DNA from: a virus
Virus record (IMG/VR): IMGVR_UViG_3300023184_000029
Span: 96,001-160,000 of that record
Strand: one strand, 5' to 3'
DNA: 64,000 nucleotides
The number at the start of each line of letters is the position of its first letter. Position 1 is the first letter of the stretch. This document shows positions 27,298 to 40,200 of the stretch, in pieces. The notes under the pieces are model-generated. The model worked only from the letters and a program-made list of their open reading frames with translations. It was not told where the DNA came from and searched no databases. Position numbers and translations under genes: made by a program.

Positions 27298-28160
27298 AGA
27301 CTAAGACTTTTAAAGTAGAAGTAGATACCAAGGAAAGAGAGATACTAGTTAAATCTCCGTCTTTAAATGATCAGAGAGAGGCCCAGAAGATATATAATCA
27401 GGCTTTTACCGACGCTATCAAATCAAAGAGCGTTGTACGAGCCAAGCTGGATGATTTGCTACAAGATCAGGGACTATGGAATGATGAAAAACAGGCTAAG
27501 TTTTCTGAACTACAAAGAAAACTACTAGACGGAGAAAAAAGACTAGCAAAGGGAGGCTTTAGTTTAAATGAGGCCAAAGACTTGGCTATTGAGATGAAAG
27601 ATACTAGAGATCAAATTAGAGATCTTATTAGTGTCAAAACTTCTTTGGATAATCATAGTGCTGAAGGACAAGCAGATAATGCTAGATTTAACTACTTAGT
27701 ATCAGCCTGTGTGGTGTATAACGATACTAAAGAGCCAGTTTTTAGTAATATGGAAGATTATCTAAATAGGGGCTCAGAACAAGTAGCAGCACTTGCAGCT
27801 CAGAATTTGGCTAATATGCTTTACGGTTTGGATAATGATTATGAAAGTAATTTGCCTGAAAATAAGTTTCTAAAGAAATATAAATTTATTGATGACAAAT
27901 TAAGAATGATTGATAAAAAAGGAAGACTGATTGATTCAGAAGGAAGACTGGTGGATGAAAATGGTAGATTCATTGATGATCAGGGTAATTTTATTGATAA
28001 GTTTGGTAACAGAGTAGATGCAGACGGAGAATATATTGTTGAGACACAACCGTTTTTAGACGAAAATGGAAAGCCTATTATTGATGAAGACACTAGTGAT
28101 AAACCAGAATCAAATCAATCAGTATCTGAAAATACTTCAGAGGAAAACAAGACTGGCTGA
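27294..28160 (+). CDS. Tail assembly chaperone-like protein with 7-aa D-x-x-G repeats
   Basis: ILVKSPSLNDQREAQKIY; C-terminal DKKGRLI/DSEGRLV/DENGRFI repeats; directly before TMP. Confidence 0.55.
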   Translation: MKTKTFKVEVDTKEREILVKSPSLNDQREAQKIYNQAFTDAIKSKSVVRAKLDDLLQDQGLWNDEKQAKFSELQRKLLDGEKRLAKGGFSLNEAKDLAIEMKDTRDQIRDLISVKTSLDNHSAEGQADNARFNYLVSACVVYNDTKEPVFSNMEDYLNRGSEQVAALAAQNLANMLYGLDNDYESNLPENKFLKKYKFIDDKLRMIDKKGRLIDSEGRLVDENGRFIDDQGNFIDKFGNRVDADGEYIVETQPFLDENGKPIIDEDTSDKPESNQSVSENTSEENKTG

Positions 28161-28195
28161 TAATATTTATTTTTTATTATATCGATTATATACAG

Positions 28196-28235
28196 ATCCC
28201 TGTGCGCTACTATTGTGCATAGGGATTTGTTTTTA
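28196..28235 (+). terminator. Hairpin terminator/attenuator before TMP
   Basis: ATCCCTGTGCGC-TACTATT-GTGCATAGGGAT then TTGTTTTT. Confidence 0.7.
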
Positions 28236-28265
28236 TACATTTAAATTCTAAGAGAAATTTTATAT

Positions 28266-31200
28266 ATGTCATCAGCTTTTAATTTAACCGCACAGCTAAA
28301 TCTTAGAGGACCATCTAATATTGGAAATATAGTTTCTAATATTCGTAGACAGCTTGGTACTATCAATAGCACTGTTAATTTAACAGTTAATCCAAACGCC
28401 GTTACCGGAGTTGGAAGACTTAATGCTTCATTGGTAACATTAAATACCACATTAGCCCAGACACAAACATCAGCAAATGCCGCAGCATCAGCAATTGCTA
28501 ATTTTGCTCAAGCATTTAATACCAATGCTGTAGGTAGAACTACACAACAGCTTAATGCTGCTGTAAATACTACTAATAATTTATCTAGAGCCACTTCTAA
28601 TACTTCTAGACAAATTCAGATGGCTCATTCAGAAATGGCAGAGTTCGGTAGACAATCTTATCTAGCTATTAGAAGATTTGCTGCATTTAGTATAGTAACA
28701 GGAGGTGTTTTTGCATTAACCAATGCTATTAAAGGAGGTATTTCTGCTTATGTAGATTATAATCAAGAACTGGTTAAACTACAACAGGTTACCGGAGGAT
28801 CCGCAGAATCTTTGAAGGGTTTGGAAAAAGAGATTACGGGCTTATCAACAAACTTAGGAGTTTCTTCTGGAGAGTTAACAAAAATTTCGTCTACTTTGGC
28901 TCAGGCAGGATTGAGCGCTAGAGATACTGAAAGAGCACTTAAGGCTTTGGCTTTAAGCTCATTAGCTCCGTCTTTTGATGATATGAATAGAACGGTAGAA
29001 GGTTCTATTGCTTTAATGAGACAGTTTGATATTAGTGCCAAAGATTTAGAGGCTTCATTAGGCTCTATAAATTCTGTTGCAGCAAAATTTGCAGTAGAAT
29101 CTAGTGATATTATTGCTGCTATTCAGCGTACTGGTGGTGTGTTTGCTGCTGCTAGTAGAGGAGTAAGTGAAGGTAAACAGGCTTTAAATGAATTTATTGC
29201 TGTATTTACTAGTGTTCGAGCCACCACTCGTGAAAGTGCAGAAACTATTGCTACTGGCTTAAGAACTATCTTTACTCGTATCCAGAGAGGTAGTACTATT
29301 GAAGCGTTGAAAGAATTCAATGTTAATCTTACTGACGCTCAGGGTAAATTTGTTGGAGCTTACAAAGCTATTGAACTACTATCCAAAGGTTTGAGTAGCA
29401 TAGATCCTAGAGATTTAAAGTTTTCTCAGATCGTTGAGGAGCTTGGTGGTTTTCGTCAGATAGGCAAAGTTATTCCCCTTATTCAGCAATTCGGCACTGC
29501 ACAAGAAGCTTTAGCAGTAGCTCAACAAGGACAAGGTTCTTTGGCTGAGGATTCTATTAAAGCACAATTATCTTTAGCAAATCAAATATCCAAAGTAAGA
29601 GAAGAATTTTTAGCTTTATTTAGAGATATCGGGGGCTCTGATAGTTTTCAGCTTTTAACTAAAGGAGCGCTTGGTCTTGCAAGTGGTCTCATTAAATTAG
29701 CCGATGGTGCTAAGGGTGTGTTGCCGGTATTAGGTATGCTTTTAGCATTTAAGGGAGCACAGGCTGCTACACAATTTGGATTAGGATTCGTAGGAGCTAT
29801 GAGACAAGGCTCTACTGGTAGAAGACGAGCTAGTGGTGGACCCATCAATAGATATGCTGCTGGCGGGCCTGTGGATGTGGATGTTGCATTAATGCCGGGA
29901 GAAACTGTGGTATATCCTGATGCTGTTAGTAGGATTGGAGTATCTAGATTAAGACAATTAAATCATGCGGATAAAAATGGAATAGCGGGTAAAAGAAGAG
30001 GAGGAAGAGTCTCTAAATTTTCTAAAGGAGGATATGCTGAGGTTCCTGGGTCTGGTCGCACAGATAGTTTTTATACTCAATTACCAGAAGGAAGCTTTGT
30101 TATAAGAACAGATGCTACAAGATCTCTTGGAGGACCAGATGGAGTAATGGATGCTGCTAGAAATCATGCATTTGGCGGAGATGTACAAAAATTTGAAAAT
30201 GGTTCGTGGAGAGAGGTGAGAGCACAGGTACGATCTGGCAGAGGGAGACCATCTAAAACTAAGAGTACAGTAGGACAGGCTGTAGAAAAAATAGAATCTA
30301 CAACATACGATAGAAAAGGAAGATTTAAAACGGATTTTCCTTTTATTATCAGAGGATTAAATAGAAAAGGTACGAAGCAAAAAATCAATGAAGAAGCAAT
30401 ATTAAAGGGGTACCTAAACCAAGGAGTAAACGATCTCTCTAAAGCTATTGTTGATAAAACACAAGGAAATATAACTATACCAACCGGTAATATTAATATT
30501 CAAAATAAAGAAAGTATTTATGGAGGATTATTCGAGACAGCTTTATTAAAAATTAGTGGTCGGTCAAAAGATAAAAAAGATAATAATCAAGCTTTTGATT
30601 TTCCAAGAGGTATAGGGTCAGCTTTATCTCCTATTTTTAGTGGTATGCCACCTGATATATCTACTGATGTTAAAAGAACAGCAGCTGCAAATGCTGCTCT
30701 GAAATCCAATATTGCTAATAAAATAGCAAATGATATGGCTTCTAATAGGCTTCCTCAAAAACCAACGCCCGTTGGAGTAGTATCACTATCCCCAATGGAT
30801 TCTGCTATAGTTTCTAAAATTTCAGGAGTAGAAGTAGATAGATTATTGAAAACTAAACTAAAAATAAAAGAACAAAAAAACAAAAAGAAGAGAAATGCTA
30901 AACGTAGAGCTGATAGATACTATGATAATGCTTTAGAAAACGCTATTAACATGATGCCATATGCTATAGGTGGTATTGTTCAAAAGTTTGGGGTTGGAGG
31001 AGAAGCAGAGCCAGTAAGGCGTACTGTTGGAATTATTGATTCTGACTCATGGAAAGGGGACTCTCCAGATATTGCCGCAGCGATGAAAGAGCTTGGCATT
31101 ACTAAGCCCGATGAATATAAAGCTTATATGTCAAACTTAGCAGCTCAAAAAAGACAATCTAATGGAGTACGAAAACTCAGAGTAGCTACCGCAGTAGCAG

Positions 31201-34200
31201 CTGCTGGCAAGACCCGTATTGCTTTTGGTGGAGCTAGAGGTCAAGAAGCAGATAATGCAACATTACGAAAAACAACCAGAACACAAATAAGAGTACCAAG
31301 TGATTTCGACAAATTAGGACCCACCGACGATATTGTTGATACAACTTCAGTAGTTACCCCTAGAAATTTGGGTGCGTTAAGAGCTGCTGACAGAATACGA
31401 GTTATTTCAACAAGATCCAAAGAAAGTCAAGAGAAGGTTGTTGAGAATAGAGACACTAGAGACATTCTTGGAGCATCTGGACAAGTTGATCCAACTGGAA
31501 CTAATTTTGGACAATATGATCGTGAAGCAAAATCTGTTAGTAAAGCACCAAAAAATAGCGGCCCAATGGAAGCGTTATTAGCAGCCACAGAAGTTTCCGG
31601 AATTGATCCTAAAAAAATTGTAACAACAGATTTAGCCACCGGAAAAAGAATCTCACCTCCAAAAGTAAGAACCCCTGATAAGATGGGTGTTATGACCGGT
31701 AATTTTGGTCCTACTACACCAGCCCATGTGGAAATGGCAAAAATAGGGGCTAAACAAGCAGGAATCAAACGTGAAAATGTAGTCGCTATGGTTGCTAACG
31801 ATGTGCCTATAGATCCATTTAATAGAGATCCAGAAGCAGAAAGAACAGCGTATCTTCCACAAAAATCTAAAACAGGACCTTCTAGATACGGAATGGCCCA
31901 AGCTGTTTTTGGAGCTGAAGGCTTTTCTGTTCATGCTATGGAGAGAGGATCGTCTCCAAATTCTATGCCCTATGCTTTTCAAACTGGAGAAGATACAGAT
32001 ACATATATAGTTCCTAGTGATAAAACTAAAAAATTTGAAATCGGAGGAAGTGATAAGCCAGAAACATCAAGATATCCTGGATACGATCCCATAAGAGTTT
32101 CAAGAACTTCTGGACCAACAGCAGGAATAAGTGCTACTCTTGCTAGAGAAGCTATTAATAGTGGAAATATTAGTGAGATACAAAAATATCTTACGCCAGC
32201 AGGGCTCAAATATATTGAACCACATCTATCTCTTCTGAGAGAAAGACCAAAACTATTAGACAGTATTCTCGATAGACTTCAAAAAGGCAAAGGTGCTACT
32301 GCGAGTAAATATTTAGCTACTCTTGAAGAATTAAAAACACTACCAGCAAGAAAAACTAAAACTACACCACCTGAAGTAGTAGCGAAGATGGAAGCTAAGA
32401 GAGAAGAAAGAGAGAGATACAAAAAAAAACTATTCGGATTACCATCCAGAATGTTACGCAGATTAGAATCTAGACAGGCAAGAGCTATCGGTGGATTAGT
32501 TCAAAAATTTGGAAGAGGCACGGACAAACCCATAAAGTCTTTTAATGAGATGGGCAAATCAGAGCTATTGAAACAAGCGGAAAAATTAGGGGTTTTTGTT
32601 CCTATAGATTTTCGTAGACTATTAGATTCAAGAGCTATTGGATCTGAAGAAATTAGAGCTAAAGTTATAAAAGAATTAGAAGATCAAAGAACCATCATAA
32701 AGGCTGCACAAGAAAAAACTTCAACCAGAGCTAAGAAAAGAAAAATAGGTGTTGTAGGATTAACAGGAGAAAGTTCGTCTACTGAACTCACCACCCCTGG
32801 TTTAAAAAGCAAAAAAGGTGGGCGCGGTTTAACAGGCGTTCCGGCAACTTTAGAAACAGGGTCGTTACCATCCGATTTATCAAAACAAGTACAAGCTATT
32901 ATTCGTAATCAAAGCGAAAGAATAGCAGCAAGAGTAGGAAGATTGATAGCGACTAGAGCAGGATCGTCTCCTGTTACAGATAAAAAACAAATTAGAGCTA
33001 TTGTTAGCAAACAATTGGATAATATCTCGGGGTTATTATTTGAGAGTGGGTTAGCAGTTGCAGGAGCACCATATGACCCAACAGAAAAAACCGGTCCAGA
33101 TTTTAGTAGAGGTTTGGGTAAAAAATTAGGAGCTTTATTTGGTGTTGATCCTAAAGCAATGACAGACGCTACTAATCAAGCTGTAAAAGACGTGGCTAAA
33201 GCCAAAGTAACTAAAGGAACTTTTGATAGAGGTCGCAGAAACGCTATCAGAACAAAAAGATTAGCTAGAAATTTTGGAGGCATGATTCAAACATTTGAAA
33301 TAGGCGGACAGCCTTCTCTTAGCAGATCTTCTAAAGATAAACGATTTGATCCTAAAAAATTAGCAGCTTTTCTAGGAGCACAAACTCCAACTAGCAATAA
33401 AGCAAAAGACTTAGCAGAACGATTAAAAGATTCTAGTTCATCAGCTATTAGTAAGCCTAATTATGAAGAATTATTAAAGGGATTAAAAGGATATGCTAAA
33501 GGAGGAGAAATACCAATAGTAGCCCAAGAGGGTGAATATGTTATAAATAGAACATCGGCTAATCAGATAGGACGCCACAATCTAGATAAACTAAATATTG
33601 GAGGCAGGGTAGGACTAGATAACTTGCCAAAGTATCATACCGGAGGCATAGTTAGATATAATAAAGGGGGATCCGTACAGAAATTAGCTGTTGGCGGAGA
33701 GATAGATAATGCATTATCTGGAATGTCTAATAAAGACACTATTAGATTAAGAGCTAGTATACAAAAAAACTCTCAAGCTTTTGAACAATTAGCTAAATTA
33801 GTTTCTGGCTGGAAAGTTGAAGATGTTGGAATGGCGATGAAAAGATTAGATCGCTCTTTAGAAAAAGGTGTGTCTCAAGCAGATGCTTTAGCACAAAGCG
33901 TGGTTGCTGGTACTACTAGTGCTGCTAGACAACCATCCAAAGCTAGAGGTCCAAATATTTTAGGAGGAACACCAGATACTAGAAATGCCGGGACGGTTGG
34001 TAGAACAGGAGATTTTAAACAAATAACGGGACTAAGTAACAGTAAAGGCCAGCCGCTTAAAGTCAATGGGCCCGGTGATGTTCAAGCTACTTTAGATAGG
34101 ATAGCCCCAAAAATTACTGCTAGATTTAATAGATTAGGCTTTACTACTGAAGCTACAGAAAAAGCACTTCTAGTTTTTAATACACAGGTTAGACAAACCG

Positions 34201-37200
34201 GGGATGCAAACCAAGCATTTAGAGCCGCTGTTCAGAGCGGCAAGGATTCTATGACTATGGTAGGTCGGACGGGAGTTGGTGCTACCGTTTCTGGTATGAC
34301 AAGAGAGAAAGGATCGACCACTCCTGAGCAAAGACTAGCCAGGAAAAAGCAGAATAGAGCGGATGATAGATTCGGTATGTTTCAAGGAGCCACCATAGGT
34401 GGGTGGGCTGGTTTTGCGGCTGGTGGAGCTATCGGTGGATTAGCTGGGGCTCCGCTAGGAGGAGTTATTGGAGCTGTTGGAGGAGCCGTAGCAGGCTCTG
34501 AAAGAGGCAACCGTATAAGATCTATGCAGTACGAAGCAGGAGCAGACAAGCTTAAAGCCAGAGCTAGTAATATGGCTCAAGGAGGATCTTCAGGATCAGC
34601 GACATTAGCATTACTTAATAAGGCTATGAGTCCATTAGTATATAAAGCAGCCCAAGTTAGTAGTGGTATGTCAAAATTGCATTTAGGAGCCGCACAATTA
34701 TCTTCTTCTTTAAATAAAGGAGCATCAGCAGTAGTTTCGTGGGGTTCTGGTATTAAAAATTCTCAGGGGCCTATGGATGGTTTTAAGAAAACTGTAGGAG
34801 GAGTCGGTTCTTTACTTAAAAATTCTTTCTCCTCATTAGCCAAAGGAGCAGATGCCGCTGTTGGTAAATTAATGGGATTAAAGAAAGTAGATATTGGAGG
34901 GGGTAAACAAGGATGGAGAAGTGCTGCTGCTACTATGGGAGCAGATGGTGTTACCAGAGATGCTAGTGGTAGAAGAGCCAGGGGTTTTGGTGGAGGGGGA
35001 GGAGGAGGAAGAGGGGGTAGAGGAGGAGGAGGAGGTATGGGAGGTGGTATGGGTATGTATGGACTAAGCATGGGAATACCTATGGCCGCTCAAATGTTTG
35101 GTACTCAAGAAGCCCAAACAGAGACTCAAGCTTCTAATAATGCTTTTGTTGAACAATCTTCAAACGCTGTTGGAGGAGCTTTAGCAATGGCTACTATGGG
35201 AGGACCAATAGGAATTATTGCAGGATTAGGAACCGCTGCGGCTGGTATAGCAACAGCCTTTGTAACCGCTGAGAATGCTGTTAATGAGTTTGGAAAAAAT
35301 AAAGCAGCAAAACAAATGGAACAGAGTAGTGAAAAAATATCTAATATTTTAACAGAAATTAGCAACGCAGGCGCTGCAACACCAGCTGCCCTTGAGCAAC
35401 TTAAAACGGCTCTAGATTCTAGCACCTCAGCCGCTTTAACATTTGCCGAAAAGAGCGGAACCAAAAAAGGTAGTTTTGTACAAGATATAGTTGGAAATAG
35501 TAATTTGGGAGCATTACTAGGATCATTAGAAGGAGCTACAGATAATAATGATGCTCAAGGAGCTATTAATAGATCTCAAATTCTAGACAAAAAAGGCATA
35601 TTTGCCTATTTGGCATCTGCTGGAGATAAAGATACAGAACTATCGAATATTCGTGATCTTATTCCTGATATGGCAAACGATATATCTAAAAGCTTTGCTA
35701 TACCAGCTGATAATATTAAGAAAGCTTTTGAACAAAGAACTCGTTCTGGAGAATCGTCAGCGAGTATAACGTCATCACCAGAATTTGCTAAACAAGCAGA
35801 GATTTTAGCAAGATCAAATCCAGAAGCAGAAAAACAATTACAACTTATACAAGCAGACACAAGATTAAGTGAACAGGACAAAAGAGCCAGAAGAGAAAAT
35901 ATCATAGCTGCATATGGAAATGCTGCTGCCATGAAAGCTATTAAAACAACTGAGACTCAAATGGCAATAGAAGCTCTTGGTAAATCAGCTAGAAACTTTA
36001 GTTTTAGTTTAAAAAGAATGTTCAATAATATGGATATTGCTATAGCAGCATCGTCTAATTCATTACAATCTTTATCAGAAAAACTAGAATTAAGTGCCGC
36101 TTCTGCCGGTGGCAATGCCAAAGTTGGTAAATCTAGTGAAATACAGAGTATGATAGACGTATTAAAAAATCCAAGAGGTTATTCTGACACTCAAAGATCT
36201 ACTGCTATGAAGGGAGCCTCATCAGTATTTGGACCACAATCTGGTAATATGGAAAAAATGTTAAATTTGGGAGCAAATATTGAAGACACTTTAATGTCCA
36301 CTATTAATAGTACATTACAAGCAAATAGCGGAGCTAATAATGAAGAAGTTGGAGCCAAAGTAGAATCTGCTGTTAAAGATAAATTAAAGAGTTTGAACTT
36401 TCCACCAGATCTGGCCAATAAATTAACAGGACAAGTACAAGCCGCTGTTAGTAAGATGAGAACTAGAGGAGACGAGAAGCTTGACTTTTCTAAGCTAATG
36501 GAGGAAATAGGACCACTAGCTAATAGTATAGAGAGTCTTAAAGGAGCCTCAGATTCAGCAATCAGGGCCTTAGAATTTATAAAGAATTCTTTTGATCAAC
36601 TATCTGACGCTACTAATCAGATAACAGATATACAAGTACAAAACAATAGTAGGCTTAGAAATGCTCAAAATATTTTAGTAACAGGCACAAGAAATTTAGA
36701 TAGAGCATTAGGCAAAGACATAAAATTATCTGATACTAAAACAGATTTCAATAATCAAACAAGAAGTTTCACCGGCGGAGCCACTGACCCTTCTGCTATT
36801 AGAAGAAATATTCAAAATCTAGAAACACAAAGAAATCAACAACAAACAGGACTAGATCAGGCTAAAGCTTCTACTGATATGGGAGGAGTTCTAGCTTTCA
36901 GTGATGGTTTGGTAAAAACTAATAGCGCTATTAGAGAGAACGTCGCAGCATTAGAGCAACTAGCACAGAATGGAGATTTAGCATCTGCTGCATTAGATCA
37001 AGTTAGTAAAATACAAGCAAAGCAAGCAGCTGGAGTATCTATTGTTGAAAGATTGGTGACTAGCACTCCTGGTGAACTTAATAATCTTAATCAAGCATTT
37101 AATAGACTCACCAATAATATGCAAGGAAAAGCTAATTTTGGCACTAGTGCTGATCAGAGAAAAGAATCATTAGATGTTCTTAATATGATTATGCCATTTT

Positions 37201-40200
37201 TAGGAGATAAACAAGGAGGAGTTAAAGCTAATATTTTACAATCTCAATTACAAGAATCTGGTATACAAAGCAATCCTTTTATTGATCAAGTACTAGGCTC
37301 TTTAAGAAATCCAGAAGCTGATCCTGAGATGAAAGCTGCTACAGATACTTATCGAGAAGCAATTACAACACAATCAGAGGCTAATATTCAGTTGGCTAAA
37401 ATTAATACTGATTTGGCCGGGAATATCGCAAGGAGTACGGCAGACGCTGTAGCTGCTGCTATAAAAAATACTCCTCTTAATTTTAGTCAGATGCAAACTT
37501 CTGATGAACAAAAGGGTATAAATAAAGTACCAACAATGGCTACGGGAGGAGTAGTATATAAATCAGTTGGGGGGAATATTTTTCAACCAAAAGGAACAGA
37601 TACTGTACCAGCAATGTTGACTCCTGGAGAATTTGTTGTTAATAGGAGTGCTACTCAAAGAAATCTGCCATTACTGAAGAGTATCAATAGCTATAGTTCA
37701 GGAGGAGCTGTCAAATATTATGCTTCTGGAGGCATGGTTGATGTTAGAGATTCTGGGTCTGGGGCTTCAGCCGGAAAAAGTATCCTATCCGAATCAGCGA
37801 CTGCTACTGATGACGTACGACTAACCAAAGAAGAATATCCTGTTTTATCAGAGAATTTAGTTAAAAATATTCTAACCAAAACAGATGAGGTTTCTCGTTT
37901 ATACGGTACTCCAGCAACTGTTTATGGATCATATAATACTGACCAAGATTTTACAGGACCTATTATTGCTAAATTAGACAAAGAAGCATTTAAAGCCAAA
38001 ACTGATGGTCTGGGCATTAATGAGATTAGAAGATATCTAAAGACTTTTAATACCTCTTTTGATCTAACACCGGACAATTGGGAGTTAGGAGCATCTAATC
38101 CTATTGGTATCGGTATTGATAGAGAAGAAAAAAAAGGATACCTTTGGGGAACCGTTATGGAGGGAAGTAATCTGCCAACATTTGAAAAATATAATACTAC
38201 AGGCGTTGGTATGAGCAGAGAAGAAGAATTAGCTAATATTTTATTACCTTATCAGGCAATACAGACTAATGCATTAGAAACTCATAGTAAAAAGTATAGA
38301 ATAAGTAATAATACCACAGGGGGTAAAGATTTTAAAAACTATAAGATTGAGGATCCAGATAGCTCATTTCTATCTAAACAAACACAGCTTGATCTATTGA
38401 ATACTTTAGTAACTAAATTGGCCGGCTCTACGATAAATAATGACGATACACTTGGTAAAAAAATACTTTCAGCAGAAGACAAATACACAGGGGATAGAGA
38501 ATATAAAAACGGCAATAAACAGTCTCTGGACAAAATACTAGAAAGATCACTATTTATTACAACCAAACCAGTAAAAGATAAATATTATAATGCACAATGG
38601 ACAAACGCCAAGCCTCAAGGATTAGTTACCGGTAATGGTAATGCTTTAACAACTGTTCAAAAAACTACCTCTTTCATGGGAACGAATCTAAAAGGTAGAA
38701 AACAATTAGGAGCAGCTAATACAGACGTTTTGCGCCCTGGTGTTCTTGAGAACACAGCAAAAGGTACTGATGTTGAGAGTAAACAAAAATATATAAAGGA
38801 AAGATTAAAATATTTCGAAGAGTTAAAAAATCAATATGAAAATATTAATAATTTTACTATTATTAATAGCAGTAAAGCTTCTAATAATAAAATGAATACT
38901 TTATTAGAATCATTGTACGATGATAATTTGAGCGGTCTCTTTGTTTCTATTCCTAAAAATCAATTATCATCAAGCTGGGGAGATTACGGGAAAATTACTG
39001 ATTTTGCTTATATATATAGAAAACAATTTAATGATAAATGGAATAGAATTGTTAATTCTTATAAAGATAATAAAGATCATGTATTTTCTAGCGATAGTAA
39101 TAAACTAAACATAGTTAAGGATAGTACTGCGCAGTCTTTTAATTGGAGTAATAAGCCAATAGATCTTGATCGTATCAAAGATATTGTATCTGATATAGAA
39201 GAAAAAAACAAGAAAAGAGAAAGTCTTTTTCAATTGGATGAAGCAGCAACATCTCATGCTTTCGAAGTAGCTATAGGATCAGAAAAATATGAAGGCAAAT
39301 TTAATACTCAAAAAATAAAGATACCCAAGTTAACAGAAGAAAAAGGATATATTCCACCAACAGATGAATTTCTAGATGGATTCTTATTATCCTCATCCAA
39401 AGAAGCTCCTCTACTAAATCCATTTTTAGAGGCTAAACAGCAACTATTTACATCACAAGACCCCGCATTAATAGCACAGTTATTATCAGGATCCTATAAT
39501 ACAAAAGAACCTTTAAAATTAGATAATATAGACTTAGTAAGACTTCTTACACAAGAAGAAGGAATACAGGGAGGTATAGATGCATTAGATATAGATAAAG
39601 CATATACGTTAATTCCCGATCCCAAACCAGAGATTTTCTTATTCCAGCAATTAGAAGATGCCAAAAATAGAATGATGGAACAGAGAGGAGAAACAACACT
39701 CCAGCCTTCTGCTAAACTTGCTACCAGTGTGGATAGAAAAGGAAAAAAAGCAAAAGCTTCATGGCTTAGAAAATCTTATCTTGATTATGCCAATGAAGCA
39801 ATTAAAAATATTATTCTACCATCTATAGGAGTATTCAAAAAATTTATTCCTAATTTTGGTTTAACTAAACTTGATAGTTCTAATCAATTTAAATCATACT
39901 CAGAAGGTTTAAATAAACTACAAACAGAATTTGGAAAAAGAATAACCAATAATAAAGGAGATTTTCTTAATGATCAGCTAGGATCAGCTTGGGGAAATGT
40001 TGGGGCAGTATCGAAATTTATTGGAGCCCTATCCCTATCAGATCCTTCCAAAGAACTAGGATCTATATTAGGGGCTGGAGAATTTGATTTAGAAAAAGTG
40101 AAAAATGTCACACCACTTTTTGAAAAAATTAAATCCTATGGTCAAATACTAAAAGGTGCCGGAAAAAGTAAAATAGCTGCAGAAATGATTTTAGCAGAGA

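Noticed and set aside
25921-28160. Programmed -1 frameshift in tail chaperones (lambda G/GT type)
   Set aside because: No convincing slippery heptamer near a gene end with an overlapping extension frame; each ORF has its own start.
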